Virus record (IMG/VR): IMGVR_UViG_3300032080_000003
Location: 1 to 64,000 of that record
DNA from: a virus
Reading direction: 5' to 3' (one strand)
DNA length: 64,000 nt
Under the pieces are notes generated by a model. It made no database searches, was not told the DNA's origin, and was given only the letters and a program-made list of their open reading frames with translations. The position numbers were made by a program, and so were the translations under genes. Of the stretch, positions 33,959 to 42,516 are shown piece by piece; within the stretch, counting starts at the first letter, position 1; every line of letters starts with the position of its first letter.

Positions 33959-34651
33959 TTAGTAAGGGATGTCTCTAAGCCAGATGTCGTCAAGCTCTTT
34001 GTCTGTCAGTACATCTTTATCTTCTGTGTAAGGTTTGTCTGACACATCCTCATAATCACCTCTAAGAGTCTCAAAAGGTGCACCATAGTTAGTATTCTCT
34101 TGGCGTGTCACAAGTTCCTCGACATTATTCATGTTTCTATTAAGTCTGATGCTTAAAGGTTCTGGTAGCATATCCTCGTAGGCCAACCCTACAAGCTCTC
34201 TCAGTACACTATTACGACGTACATTAGGGAAGCTTTGCATGTAGTTGTCAGCCAAGTGTTGCATGGTTTCATAGAGTTCATGTGCGTAAGCATTAATCAA
34301 GATGTTAGCCTCTACAGGTTTATTAGTATCAAGCCAAGGGGGAATAAAAAGGCATCGTGGATCAATCTTTTTTGCTTTCTTCTTTATCGCGCTCATTGCA
34401 TCATATGTCACTTTCTTGTTTCTGTGCTTGAATACGATACCGTGCGCTTTGTAGCTGGAGCAACCTTGTGGTTTACTGGCTTCGGCAATAAGCTCTTCGA
34501 TCATTGGTTCAAGGTACGTGCCCTTACTGGCATTAGCAATGTTACGTCTTAGCCAGTGTACACTTAGTTCACCATTCAGGGCTTCAGAGATTTGTTGATA
34601 GGTGAGACCTTTCTTCCTAAGTGCGATAGCTTGTTCTTTAATGTCTGTCAC
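33959..34651 (-). CDS. HTH DNA-binding protein
   Basis: 230 aa from the GTG that overlaps the upstream stop (GTGA), with AGGAGG 4 nt upstream. N-terminal helix-turn-helix QAIALRKKGLTYQQISEALNG. Confidence 0.65.
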   Translation of the reverse strand: MTDIKEQAIALRKKGLTYQQISEALNGELSVHWLRRNIANASKGTYLEPMIEELIAEASKPQGCSSYKAHGIVFKHRNKKVTYDAMSAIKKKAKKIDPRCLFIPPWLDTNKPVEANILINAYAHELYETMQHLADNYMQSFPNVRRNSVLRELVGLAYEDMLPEPLSIRLNRNMNNVEELVTRQENTNYGAPFETLRGDYEDVSDKPYTEDKDVLTDKELDDIWLRDIPY

Positions 34652-34836
34652 TGTACCTCCTGATAATAAGGGTTGTTCCAAAGTTCATAAGTTAGGTTAT
34701 TATTTGTTTCTTTCCCTTTTAAAGAGTTCACAAAGCTCCTTGCTTTAGTCTTGTTGTTTGTATATTCAATGTGATCACTTATACCTGTTTCATAGTCAAT
34801 TACAACAACTATGTACTTCTGATTTTGATAGTTCAT
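34648..34836 (-). CDS. hypothetical protein
   Basis: 62 aa from the ATG after GGAGAGAAAGAG. Confidence 0.6.
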   Translation of the reverse strand: MNYQNQKYIVVVIDYETGISDHIEYTNNKTKARSFVNSLKGKETNNNLTYELWNNPYYQEVQ

Positions 34837-34902
34837 CTCTTTCTCTCCAATAACTAAGCCCACAATCAAGTGGGCTATTCTCGTTTAATAAACTTATTTC
34901 CC

Positions 34903-35082
34903 CTAGAATTCAATTGATAACCAATCCTCCGCATCGAACTCAGCTTTCCAAGTAATCAGATTTGTAGCGGTCTCATACTCAAGTTCGTTATCCTTGCATT
35001 GACCAATCACCGCTACCTGTTGAGCAATAGTATCGCAACGTACAAGGGCTACACCATTAACTACGATATCGAACATATTCAT
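34903..35082 (-). CDS. hypothetical small protein
   Basis: 59 aa, below the track cutoff. SD TGGAGA. Confidence 0.5.
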   Translation of the reverse strand: MNMFDIVVNGVALVRCDTIAQQVAVIGQCKDNELEYETATNLITWKAEFDAEDWLSIEF

Positions 35083-35125
35083 TCTCCATTAAAAGTTAAA
35101 TTAATTATCAACCACATTATTTCAA

Positions 35126-35359
35126 TCACCAATCCCTAACACACTTCAAGCTCACTCGCTCAATCTCCCCTTTCATTGCTACAGCCTGATAACGCCTTAC
35201 AGCATCCTTGTACAACACATCAAAGCTTTGCCCAGCAATATCAATAAGCTCTTCACGTTTACGTTCAATGCAATCTTGTTTAGAGAGATTGGAATCGATG
35301 ACATATTCTTCACAGATGTCAATAGAGCAGAACTTAAGGATGAGGGCTGAAGTGATCAT
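35126..35359 (-). CDS. hypothetical protein
   Basis: 77 aa, downstream of the promoter at 35402-35430. Confidence 0.65.
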   Translation of the reverse strand: MITSALILKFCSIDICEEYVIDSNLSKQDCIERKREELIDIAGQSFDVLYKDAVRRYQAVAMKGEIERVSLKCVRDW

Positions 35360-35401
35360 CCTTAAGTTCCTATTGAATACGTTTTTGGTTTCGATGGAAG
35401 A

Positions 35402-35430
35402 ATTATCTCTTTTCTGTACAAGCCTGTCAA
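35402..35430 (-). promoter_or_regulatory. sigma70-type promoter TTGACA-17-GATAAT
   Basis: Upstream context AATAAGTGTTGACAG is identical to that at 35718. Confidence 0.65.
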
Positions 35431-35433
35431 CAC

Positions 35434-35643
35434 TTATTTCACTTCTTCTTTCAAGCGCATTGCATATCCCATCATCATGTTGAAGTTAAAAGGTGTGTAA
35501 CCATGAAACTCGCTGGTAGGCCACTCAGCGTCCATCTTATTTTTACATTCTTCGACAGAAAGGGTTTTCAAATCTGTACAGGCAATTTCATAACCTTTGG
35601 CTTGGATTGCATCTTTTTCTTCGCGGGTCAGTTGATTGTTCAT
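35434..35643 (-). CDS. hypothetical protein
   Basis: 69 aa from MNNQL (SD AAAGGA). The track start 35721 lies upstream of the promoter. Confidence 0.6.
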   Translation of the reverse strand: MNNQLTREEKDAIQAKGYEIACTDLKTLSVEECKNKMDAEWPTSEFHGYTPFNFNMMMGYAMRLKEEVK

Positions 35644-35689
35644 GATTCTATCCTTTCTGTGTTGAGACATTTTGTCTCTGTATGGCTTT

Positions 35690-35718
35690 ATTATATGGGA
35701 TCGTGTGTAGGCTGTCAA
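35690..35718 (-). promoter_or_regulatory. consensus sigma70 promoter TTGACA-17-TATAAT
   Basis: Perfect hexamers and spacing on the minus strand. Confidence 0.75.
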
Positions 35719-35889
35719 CACTTATTTTCAGCTAATCGCCCACATCCCCAAGACAATCACAACACACGTCAATTGAACACTCATCTTGACATGCATTTTC
35801 TGCTTGTCTGTCGTGTTTGTGTAGGCTTTGATGAGAGAAGGCATTGTGACATCCTTTGTGTGTTGGCTTGATAGGATGAATTGTACAGC

Positions 35890-35915
35890 AACAAGAATAG
35901 GGGCGCAAGGCCCCT
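35890..35915 (-). terminator. GC hairpin aggggc-cttgc-gcccct plus U-rich tail
   Basis: Follows the stop of 35933..36241. Confidence 0.55.
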
Positions 35916-35932
35916 AAGAGAAATTGTTGAGA

Positions 35933-36241
35933 TTATTTAGGCTGAATCACCCAATCTTCTACATGAAGTACCCACTCACCTGATGTTGTAAGCTTCACCA
36001 TACAATCTTCACAGATTTGTTTGTACTCATCGTCATCTACTTGGACAGTATGCTCAAGATGTTCTGAGCAAAAGTATTTGTCACAAGAGTGCTCATCATC
36101 TCCATGCATACCACCACAAGCATAGGACAAACCTCTGTCTATCTCTGTTGTACAACCTTCATGGTCACATACAGCATCGTGTGCATAACCAATAGGACGG
36201 CCATTCTTATCTTCACCACAGTTAGACCAACTCATCACCAA
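35933..36241 (-). CDS. Cys/His-rich (zinc-binding type) protein
   Basis: 102 aa with CDHEGC, CGGMHGDDEHSC, CSEH and CEDC. Confidence 0.65.
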   Translation of the reverse strand: MVMSWSNCGEDKNGRPIGYAHDAVCDHEGCTTEIDRGLSYACGGMHGDDEHSCDKYFCSEHLEHTVQVDDDEYKQICEDCMVKLTTSGEWVLHVEDWVIQPK

Positions 36242-36480
36242 GCCCTCAATGAAATCGTATCACCTTTTTGCATCAACACTGTCTTGCCAGCTTGAATAGT
36301 GTGCTCTTTAGGCGATTCAGGCATGCTTTCATATGTAGCCGTATTCCTGATCCCGACAATACTCTTGTTCAATTTCATCACAGCATCAGCATGCCTGTAA
36401 GCCTTAGGCTGTGAAGTGAGCTTGTCACGCTCTTCAATCAGAAGAGACAGGATACGTTGATCGTGCTTGGAAAGATTCAT
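36235..36480 (-). CDS. hypothetical protein
   Basis: 81 aa with SD GAGGAG. Confidence 0.65.
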   Translation of the reverse strand: MNLSKHDQRILSLLIEERDKLTSQPKAYRHADAVMKLNKSIVGIRNTATYESMPESPKEHTIQAGKTVLMQKGDTISLRAW

Positions 36481-36491
36481 GATGTTGCTCC

Positions 36492-36653
36492 TCAGATTGA
36501 ATAGATAGACAAACCATCTTCTGTGTAGCCAATGAATTGATAGGCTTGCTCTTGCTTGAGCGATTGAATAGCTTCAGCTTTTATCACAGATGGTTGCTGA
36601 ACATCTTCGAATGCCTCAAGCTCTTCGTCTGTGATAGTGATGTCGTATGTCAT
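36492..36653 (-). CDS. hypothetical small acidic protein
   Basis: 53 aa with SD AAAGGA. Confidence 0.5.
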   Translation of the reverse strand: MTYDITITDEELEAFEDVQQPSVIKAEAIQSLKQEQAYQFIGYTEDGLSIYSI

Positions 36654-36744
36654 AATGTTTTCCTTTGTTCGGTTTAAATAACCTTACTGAAAAGCTCTCA
36701 ACGAATCAAGAGATTCTTTTCTTCGAAAAGAGCTTTTTATAAAA

Positions 36745-36906
36745 TTATTCAGACCAGACGTTGACAACGATATATCTTACCGCACCATAGGCTGAGTCTT
36801 TCTTGTCTGCAAAATTCATTGCAGCGTAACCTTTACCTTCTGGGTAGGATTTGATAACTTTATTGGTTTTGGTGTCAGTGACGTTGTATGCGATTACTTT
36901 TTTCAT
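36745..36906 (-). CDS. hypothetical small protein
   Basis: 53 aa from MKKVIAYN (SD AGGATTGAG). The track start lies upstream of the promoter at 36955-36983. Confidence 0.55.
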   Translation of the reverse strand: MKKVIAYNVTDTKTNKVIKSYPEGKGYAAMNFADKKDSAYGAVRYIVVNVWSE

Positions 36907-36954
36907 TTTCTCAATCCTTCTCGTTTGTAGAAGCTTTTTGCTTCTGATGTGTCT

Positions 36955-36983
36955 ATTTTCGTTCATTCCCCCTGGCCTGTCAA
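36955..36983 (-). promoter_or_regulatory. sigma70-type promoter TTGACA-17-GAAAAT
   Basis: Minus-strand reading, directly after the terminator at 37025-37048. Confidence 0.5.
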
Positions 36984-37024
36984 CAACAAAATGTGAAGAA
37001 ATTGAAAATAATTTATCGGCAGGC

Positions 37025-37048
37025 AAAAGAAAAGCGCCCGAAGGCGCT
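37025..37048 (-). terminator. rho-independent terminator
   Basis: Minus strand reads AGCGCC-ttcg-GGCGCT followed by TTTTCTTTT. Overlaps the stop of 37048..37296. Confidence 0.75.
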
Positions 37049-37296
37049 CAAGCTGCTGGATGCGCTGGAATTGGCATCCAGTGTGTAATTGTGTAACCAT
37101 ACTCATAAGCAAGTGAAAAGTATCCTGAAAGCTTACCTTGGTGTTTTCGTGAGTAACCACCAGTACCATACCGATCGCTCAGAATTTTACGGTTTTTCGA
37201 ATAGAGACAGAAATCAACCACAGTCTCCTCACAAGCTACAATTACATAACAAATAGAGTCTTCCGGTAGGGCATCCTCAACACTGATCCATTCCAT
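37048..37296 (-). CDS. DUF551-like protein
   Basis: 82 aa from MEWISVEDALPED, an N-terminus typical of DUF551 phage proteins. Confidence 0.5.
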   Translation of the reverse strand: MEWISVEDALPEDSICYVIVACEETVVDFCLYSKNRKILSDRYGTGGYSRKHQGKLSGYFSLAYEYGYTITHWMPIPAHPAA

Positions 37297-37412
37297 CACA
37301 CATCCTCCCACAACACTCGTTTGAGCGGCTTATCTGTCTTGTCATAGGCTGATTTCTTACGCTTGATGGCTTGGAATGTGGGCTGTGTTTCAAGATTGTT
37401 TGTGTATTTCAT
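37296..37412 (-). CDS. hypothetical micro-protein
   Basis: 38 aa, basic. Overlaps both neighbours at start and stop. Confidence 0.4.
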   Translation of the reverse strand: MKYTNNLETQPTFQAIKRKKSAYDKTDKPLKRVLWEDV

Positions 37413-37588
37413 TGCTCGGATTCCAATTGTTCGATATGGGCAAGAACTTCAACGTTTGCTTGAACGTACCCTGCACGATACGCTTTCTTCATCATTTCTT
37501 CAATGAATTCCCAACTGACAGCGTTGAGGTTTCTTTCTTGATCTGGACGATTATCTTTAATCCATTTTTTGAATTGAGGGTGGCTCAT
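37409..37588 (-). CDS. hypothetical small protein
   Basis: 59 aa with SD AAGGA. Confidence 0.5.
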   Translation of the reverse strand: MSHPQFKKWIKDNRPDQERNLNAVSWEFIEEMMKKAYRAGYVQANVEVLAHIEQLESEQ

Positions 37589-37593
37589 TTCAA

Positions 37594-37803
37594 TTAATCC
37601 TTATAAACACGAATGTTATTGTGGTGAATGCCTGAAGTCCTGCCAGACTGCCATTGAATCAGCGGAATAGCAAGTTCGGGGTCTCTCTGAACCTCACTGA
37701 GTACATTAAGCATACTGTTGGTAATCCCGACCACCATACCAACCTCACCGTGTTCACTAAGCTCTTGAACAAGGATTCCGTATTTGCATTCAGATAGTTT
37801 CAT
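37594..37803 (-). CDS. hypothetical protein
   Basis: 69 aa. Confidence 0.6.
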   Translation of the reverse strand: MKLSECKYGILVQELSEHGEVGMVVGITNSMLNVLSEVQRDPELAIPLIQWQSGRTSGIHHNNIRVYKD

Positions 37804-37985
37804 TGTTCATCTTCCGAGTAAGATAATACGTAGCCATTTCGTTGTGCTAAGTCATACCTAAATTGATCTGAGTCTAAGACAACACCATCTACTTCTAGAT
37901 GCCATTTACAGTCCATATGATACATCTGTACAGACCTAGCTAGATTAGAATAACAGTCATTATTCACAACATAAAGTTTCATCAC
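37800..37985 (-). CDS. hypothetical protein
   Basis: 61 aa with ATGA overlap. Confidence 0.6.
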   Translation of the reverse strand: MMKLYVVNNDCYSNLARSVQMYHMDCKWHLEVDGVVLDSDQFRYDLAQRNGYVLSYSEDEQ

Positions 37986-38125
37986 TCTTCCCCAAACATA
38001 GATTTATATTTCTCAGAATTCTTATCAGCAACACAATGCCAACCACTTGCATCTTTGTACAATTTGCAAGGAATAGAATGTGAAGCGAGAAGCTCTGCAA
38101 TGGAAAATGCTTTTTCGCAAGTCAT
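37982..38125 (-). CDS. hypothetical small protein
   Basis: 47 aa from MTCEKAF, starting just after the stop of 38127..38318. Confidence 0.45.
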   Translation of the reverse strand: MTCEKAFSIAELLASHSIPCKLYKDASGWHCVADKNSEKYKSMFGEE

Positions 38126-38126
38126 T

Positions 38127-38318
38127 TTACACACCCACTTTAGTAACTTCACCAATAGAGTAATCTTCAATAGGATAGCCGTTATCCACAAGATTACAAA
38201 TGAAAAGCACTGCCTGTTCTTTAGTGTTAAATAATGCTGCATCTCCAGCAAATGTCAGGCAAAGTTCAGGGTTAGGGTATTCTTCATTCTGAATCACAAC
38301 GACATAAAGATTTTTCAT
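38127..38318 (-). CDS. hypothetical protein
   Basis: 63 aa. Confidence 0.6.
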   Translation of the reverse strand: MKNLYVVVIQNEEYPNPELCLTFAGDAALFNTKEQAVLFICNLVDNGYPIEDYSIGEVTKVGV

Positions 38319-38319
38319 C

Positions 38320-38913
38320 TCATGCTTCCTTCAAGGTTTGAATGTAGGCCTTGGCCTGTTGCACACATCTTACCAACACACGACCTAGCTGTAAAGCCCT
38401 CTGAGCAAACAATTTCAGACTATTTTCCGAGGAAATTTCATCCAAGAACGTGCCTGTGACTATCTCCTCTTGTTGGGGGGTTGTAGCACAACCATCCCTA
38501 TTCTGCACATCACTTTCTACGCTATCTTCAGGCGATTCCTTGCGAGACTGAGCTACGTTGATAGCCTTTTTGTATAACTCAATAGCTCTGTCACGTTTCA
38601 TATAGAGTACTGCACGTAGCATTGTGTACTCTGCCTGAGACATTTCACCAGATTTATAGGCATTCTCAAGCTCGATGATTTGGTCTGTGAGTGTGTTGAC
38701 TCGGCGACGTTGTGGGAGGATTTTGTCTCTAATGCTTACAGAAGATTTAGGCTTGACTTGAGCAGGATCACCGTATGAGGCGACACATGCGGAACCGTCG
38801 GGATTGAAATGGACACGCTGAGAGCGTCCTTGATGACGTGAACCCCCCAGCATTTCTCCAGAATACTCATAACTATCCGCATTATTCCACGAGGCAACAA
38901 TATAATTTCTCAT
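38320..38913 (-). CDS. hypothetical protein
   Basis: 197 aa from MRNYIVASW (SD GAGGG). The upstream part of the track ORF runs into the terminator. Confidence 0.6.
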   Translation of the reverse strand: MRNYIVASWNNADSYEYSGEMLGGSRHQGRSQRVHFNPDGSACVASYGDPAQVKPKSSVSIRDKILPQRRRVNTLTDQIIELENAYKSGEMSQAEYTMLRAVLYMKRDRAIELYKKAINVAQSRKESPEDSVESDVQNRDGCATTPQQEEIVTGTFLDEISSENSLKLFAQRALQLGRVLVRCVQQAKAYIQTLKEA

Positions 38914-38965
38914 TTCTGTACCCTCAACCTCAAAAGCTTTTCTGTTTCGTTGGGGTGATTCTACA

Positions 38966-38995
38966 GGCAAAAAGAAAAGGCCGCAAGGGCCTTTT
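38966..38995 (-). terminator. rho-independent terminator (hairpin usable on both strands)
   Basis: Minus strand reads AAGGCC-cttgc-GGCCTT followed by TTCTTTTTG. Confidence 0.7.
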
Positions 38996-39015
38996 AATAG
39001 TATTTCTGAATTATT

Positions 39016-39243
39016 TTAAGCATTCACAAGGTCAAAGTAGTGCTTGACATATCCTTCTCCAATGAGGTTAAGAACATCATCCTTGTCAAGATTATTGATG
39101 ATGTCTTCCAGACTAATCTGTTGGAGGATGGCACTAATCTCTGTTGTCACCGTAACATCAATTTCGTCCCGGTTCCAAGTCTGGCACGATACAGCACTAG
39201 CCTTGAAGTTAATATCTCGTTGCATGTATTTACGACTCATCAC
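39016..39243 (-). CDS. hypothetical protein
   Basis: 75 aa. Confidence 0.6.
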   Translation of the reverse strand: MMSRKYMQRDINFKASAVSCQTWNRDEIDVTVTTEISAILQQISLEDIINNLDKDDVLNLIGEGYVKHYFDLVNA

Positions 39244-39650
39244 TTACTCTCCTTTGGTGCATCTTCAGTCAACTCTTTCTTGGCACGTGCCATCAATTGC
39301 TTCAGGACATCTACGCCGTCACTTGCTAGGTCTTGAGCAACAGGATTCTCAATCACTTTTTCAACACCATAGGCAGCAATCATGGTATATAGAGTTTCCT
39401 TGCTTGGACAGATAATAGTCACTACCACCAACACAAAAGGAATCCACAACTTATTCAAAAGAAACTTACATGCGGCCTTTGCTTTAATTGTATGAGGATC
39501 TTTTTCGTTAATCCCGTAGATATCCAATTCAATACGAGCATTTATAAACATGATCCCGCCTAAAACAACGGTGACAGCTAAGATAATTCCAGCCCACAAG
39601 CCAATCTTAGGAATAACTGCAATTATGTAAACCAACATTGCTAAACTCAT
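39240..39650 (-). CDS. membrane protein (3-4 predicted TM helices)
   Basis: 136 aa with hydrophobic segments LAMLVYIIAVIPKIGLWAGIILAVTVVLGGIMFI and LWIPFVLVVVTIICP. Confidence 0.65.
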   Translation of the reverse strand: MSLAMLVYIIAVIPKIGLWAGIILAVTVVLGGIMFINARIELDIYGINEKDPHTIKAKAACKFLLNKLWIPFVLVVVTIICPSKETLYTMIAAYGVEKVIENPVAQDLASDGVDVLKQLMARAKKELTEDAPKESK

Positions 39651-39664
39651 TTCACTTCTCCTAT

Positions 39665-39892
39665 TTAATTAAAAGTTTGTACATCAAACAACTTGAGAAC
39701 CATGACAGCGTGTGCTCTATCACTGATGCAACTTTTAGTGTTACCAATCTCAATCTCTACTGGACTGTATCGAGCCATAAGTCCCGCCCCTGTGAGAGTA
39801 AACATTGTGCGCTCATTATAAGCCTCAGTCAAGGCTTGAATGTCCTCGTCTTTCGTAACCCTAAGCTTTATCAGTTCTTGTGATTCAGTCAC
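39665..39892 (-). CDS. hypothetical protein
   Basis: 75 aa. Confidence 0.6.
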   Translation of the reverse strand: MTESQELIKLRVTKDEDIQALTEAYNERTMFTLTGAGLMARYSPVEIEIGNTKSCISDRAHAVMVLKLFDVQTFN

Positions 39893-40079
39893 GATAACCC
39901 CTCCACTTATTGACTCTATTCATTTCCTCAAGCGCCTCTGTGTTACGTCGCATCATCTCACGATCACGTTTCTTCTGTGAACTGCCGTAACACAGAGCAC
40001 ATATGATCCACAGAGGCAAGGCAAGCAAGCCCGTCAGCAATGTAAGGATAAACCATGCGAAATGCGCTCCACCACTCAC
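39885..40079 (-). CDS. small membrane protein
   Basis: 64 aa. The segment FAWFILTLLTGLLALPLWIICALCY is followed by a basic tail. Confidence 0.6.
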   Translation of the reverse strand: MSGGAHFAWFILTLLTGLLALPLWIICALCYGSSQKKRDREMMRRNTEALEEMNRVNKWRGYRD

Positions 40080-40264
40080 AGATCACCTCCAAAATGCTCT
40101 AGAAGAATACTGTTGAAATAATTATTTTCCACAGTACCATCAGGCTTAAACCAAGTCACATACACATAGTCCCTCTGTTCGTTGATAGCTTGTTTATACC
40201 TCACAACCATAACAGGCCCACCAGATTTCAATTGAACAAGATCGCCATCAATAAAGCTACTCAT
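40076..40264 (-). CDS. YodC/DUF2158-like small protein
   Basis: 62 aa. GDLVQLKSGGPVMVV matches the family hallmark as I recall it. Confidence 0.5.
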   Translation of the reverse strand: MSSFIDGDLVQLKSGGPVMVVRYKQAINEQRDYVYVTWFKPDGTVENNYFNSILLEHFGGDL

Positions 40265-40431
40265 GAAATTACCTCAAGTTCAGACGCCTCAAAGTACATC
40301 TGATCACCATTATCGAAAGTTACTGTATAGGGAAGGTCAGACGAGTGCAGAACATCTGTAATCACACCCTCCAAACCAGTGTACGGATCATATTGACCGG
40401 CATCCACTATCACTTCATCACCTAATTTCAT
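40261..40431 (-). CDS. hypothetical small protein
   Basis: 56 aa. ATGA overlaps at both ends. Confidence 0.5.
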   Translation of the reverse strand: MKLGDEVIVDAGQYDPYTGLEGVITDVLHSSDLPYTVTFDNGDQMYFEASELEVIS

Positions 40432-40637
40432 ACATTCCCCTCCAATTCAATATACTTATCAAAGATAATCTCTACAGCTTGGCTCAAGTCTTCTGTGTAG
40501 AAGAGTGTCTTGTCTTGCCCAAGCATATCGAAGTGTACCATGAAAGCTTGTCCAAAGCGAAGGTGTTTCCAATCTGTATTTGTGTAGAGCTGACTGACAA
40601 ACGCTGTATATTGGACAGGTGTGATCTTTTTCATCAT
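40428..40637 (-). CDS. hypothetical protein
   Basis: 69 aa. Confidence 0.6.
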   Translation of the reverse strand: MMKKITPVQYTAFVSQLYTNTDWKHLRFGQAFMVHFDMLGQDKTLFYTEDLSQAVEIIFDKYIELEGNV

Positions 40638-40837
40638 TCTTTTCCCACTATCTCAAAATAATCAGACCACTTCTGTGGCCCATCTGTGTAGAACACATGA
40701 ACACGTACACGTCCTTGCTCATCAACTTGTGTACGTGCTATCTGTGTAACGCTCATGACAAAATCATAGACCTTTCCTTCATGGAAGGCAACAGTGTTGT
40801 CTGACATTATCACAGAGCGTGTGCATAGGAGTTTCAT
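40634..40837 (-). CDS. hypothetical protein
   Basis: 67 aa. Confidence 0.6.
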   Translation of the reverse strand: MKLLCTRSVIMSDNTVAFHEGKVYDFVMSVTQIARTQVDEQGRVRVHVFYTDGPQKWSDYFEIVGKE

Positions 40838-40865
40838 TGGTTTAGTCTACCGGGCCTGAAAAATC

Positions 40866-41054
40866 TTAGTTGAGTGGAACTACGTATGTATCGCCTTCTG
40901 TTGAATAACCTGCCACATTTCCCTCATCGTCAGCTAGCCATTCTGTCAATCCATCTTCATCAACAGAACCGAAAATAACAGGAATACCCATTGGAAATGC
41001 TTCTCTGCAGTTGCTTTCAGCTGCATAGTGGAAAGTGTGAGTTGGCTTGAACAT
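40866..41054 (-). CDS. hypothetical protein
   Basis: 62 aa, downstream of the promoter at 41100-41128. Confidence 0.6.
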   Translation of the reverse strand: MFKPTHTFHYAAESNCREAFPMGIPVIFGSVDEDGLTEWLADDEGNVAGYSTEGDTYVVPLN

Positions 41055-41099
41055 AGTGTTTCTCCATTGTCAGAAGCTTTTTGCTTCCTGTTGATATGA

Positions 41100-41128
41100 A
41101 TTCTATAGCGCTGACCTTTTTGTGTCAA
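41100..41128 (-). promoter_or_regulatory. sigma70-type promoter TTGACA-17-TAGAAT
   Basis: Minus-strand context AAAAATGTGTTGACA. Confidence 0.65.
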
Positions 41129-41155
41129 CACATTTTTCAGATTGTTTTCTTACGG

Positions 41156-41183
41156 GCAAAAAGAAAGGGACCACATGGTCCCT
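41156..41183 (-). terminator. rho-independent terminator
   Basis: Minus strand reads AGGGACC-atgt-GGTCCCT followed by TTCTTTTTG. Confidence 0.75.
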
Positions 41184-41192
41184 ATTCGCTCT

Positions 41193-41396
41193 CTAGTTGG
41201 CTCTTTTTATTGTGGCGAAAGCTGCTGCCAATGTATCTTTATTCCTAACTTTACCATCAGAGAATCGCCTCACTTGATAACCACCCTCTGGACGCTTAAC
41301 AATCAGTCCAATAAACTCACCATTATCATTAAACACACGTCTTGTGCCTGTCCCAGCAACAGGAGAAAATTCACCACGTACATTCGATCTAGCCAT
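41193..41396 (-). CDS. hypothetical basic protein
   Basis: 67 aa from MARSNVRG (SD GAGGA). The track start 41513 coincides with the -35 of the promoter. Confidence 0.6.
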   Translation of the reverse strand: MARSNVRGEFSPVAGTGTRRVFNDNGEFIGLIVKRPEGGYQVRRFSDGKVRNKDTLAAAFATIKRAN

Positions 41397-41484
41397 CTCA
41401 TTATCCTCAAAATTAGAATTGTAAGCAATTTTGAGATTCCTTGTGACTTCCTCTACAAACACATACTTCGCTCTCTTGTGTTGA

Positions 41485-41513
41485 ATATTAGACGTGTTGC
41501 ATGATTCTGTCAA
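41485..41513 (-). promoter_or_regulatory. sigma70-type promoter TTGACA-17-TAATAT
   Basis: Minus-strand reading. Confidence 0.65.
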
Positions 41514-41527
41514 GAATAATTTTCAAT

Positions 41528-41731
41528 TTATTTGCACATGACACAATGTTCATACAGCCAATTGCCCTGAGCATCCTTTTCAAAGGCAAATTCTACGGTG
41601 TATTCTTGCACAGGCTGCCAATCTCTACCATTGATGTGGTTCGACACTGTACCGTTCTGCGTCATCTTAAAACCAATACCCTTAGGGACAAGAATGTCCC
41701 CTGTCAAATTATCTCTCAGCCGATAGTGCAT
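41528..41731 (-). CDS. hypothetical protein
   Basis: 67 aa with SD GAGAGGGA. Confidence 0.65.
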   Translation of the reverse strand: MHYRLRDNLTGDILVPKGIGFKMTQNGTVSNHINGRDWQPVQEYTVEFAFEKDAQGNWLYEHCVMCK

Positions 41732-41786
41732 GATTATTCCCTCTCATCAATGATCAATTTACCAACATTATCTGTGATTCGCCATT

Positions 41787-42104
41787 TCATACCTGCTCGC
41801 TCCCGGCTGGCTTGTAGCCTGCGTATGCGGTTGCTCTCCCGATGATGGTTGTGCAGGGCATGACGTGGATTCCATGCTGGCCGTACAAGCCAGAGTCATA
41901 CAGCAGCCATGCTGCGTCAGCGCATCCGGGTACGCGGCTTGAGTTGACCGACAGTACTTTTAGGCCAAAGGACAGCGTCTACGCGGATTGCTTCGCGGGA
42001 ATCAATACACCATCTTCCCCCATGCTGTATTCAGAAAAACTGTAATGACAGCAGCCACAGGTATCGGCTACAACATTATATTGGTATTCAATCAATCGTG
42101 TCAT
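41787..42104 (-). pseudogene. G+C-rich ORF interrupted by a single in-frame TAG (41979-41981)
   Basis: ATG 42104 overlaps the end of 42088..42303. 41 codons (MTRLIEYQYNVVADTCGCCHYSFSEYSMGEDGVLIPAKQSA), then TAG, then 63 further open codons (TLSFGLKVLSVNSSRVPGCADAAW...AGSEQV) to TGA 41787-41789. Confidence 0.4.
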
Positions 42105-42303
42105 CTGACGCTCCTAATATAGATTTCAATTCCTCCCATTGAATCACGATCTCATCCGTCTTAGGATCAAGGAATTCAAAGTATTTCAATCCTCTCTCTG
42201 GGTCCTTCGTAATAGGATCAACTGGAAATCCTCTAGACTGTAGAAGTTTCATATCCATGCTGTGGCTCATTATGTCTCCTACAGCAATTCTAATCTCTTT
42301 CAT
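42088..42303 (-). CDS. hypothetical protein
   Basis: 71 aa from MKEIRIAV (SD AGGAGAG), starting 1 nt after the upstream stop. Confidence 0.6.
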   Translation of the reverse strand: MKEIRIAVGDIMSHSMDMKLLQSRGFPVDPITKDPERGLKYFEFLDPKTDEIVIQWEELKSILGASDDTID

Positions 42304-42304
42304 C

Positions 42305-42499
42305 TCAACTCTCCTTTGCACAAAACATAGCTTCTTCACAGTAATCAATACATGCTTGTGAGTATTCACTACGACACAGTTTAAGCTTATCCTTTGCAGC
42401 AATCAACATGTTTCCATTATCGTCTAGCATAGATTTGGCAGATTTATAATCTTTCTCTGCGTTGATAAGGTTTTCACGAATTTCTAGGATTGTACTCAT
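42305..42499 (-). CDS. hypothetical protein
   Basis: 64 aa. Confidence 0.6.
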   Translation of the reverse strand: MSTILEIRENLINAEKDYKSAKSMLDDNGNMLIAAKDKLKLCRSEYSQACIDYCEEAMFCAKES

Positions 42500-42516
42500 G
42501 ATTATTTATCCTTTGA

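Noticed and set aside
41842-42045. 67-aa plus-strand ORF (and 41501..41845) in the G+C-rich island
   Set aside because: - It has no SD and lies on the opposite strand to a 15-kb leftward block.
- High G+C content leaves several frames open by chance.
- The minus-strand frame has a better start context (overlap coupling with the upstream gene).
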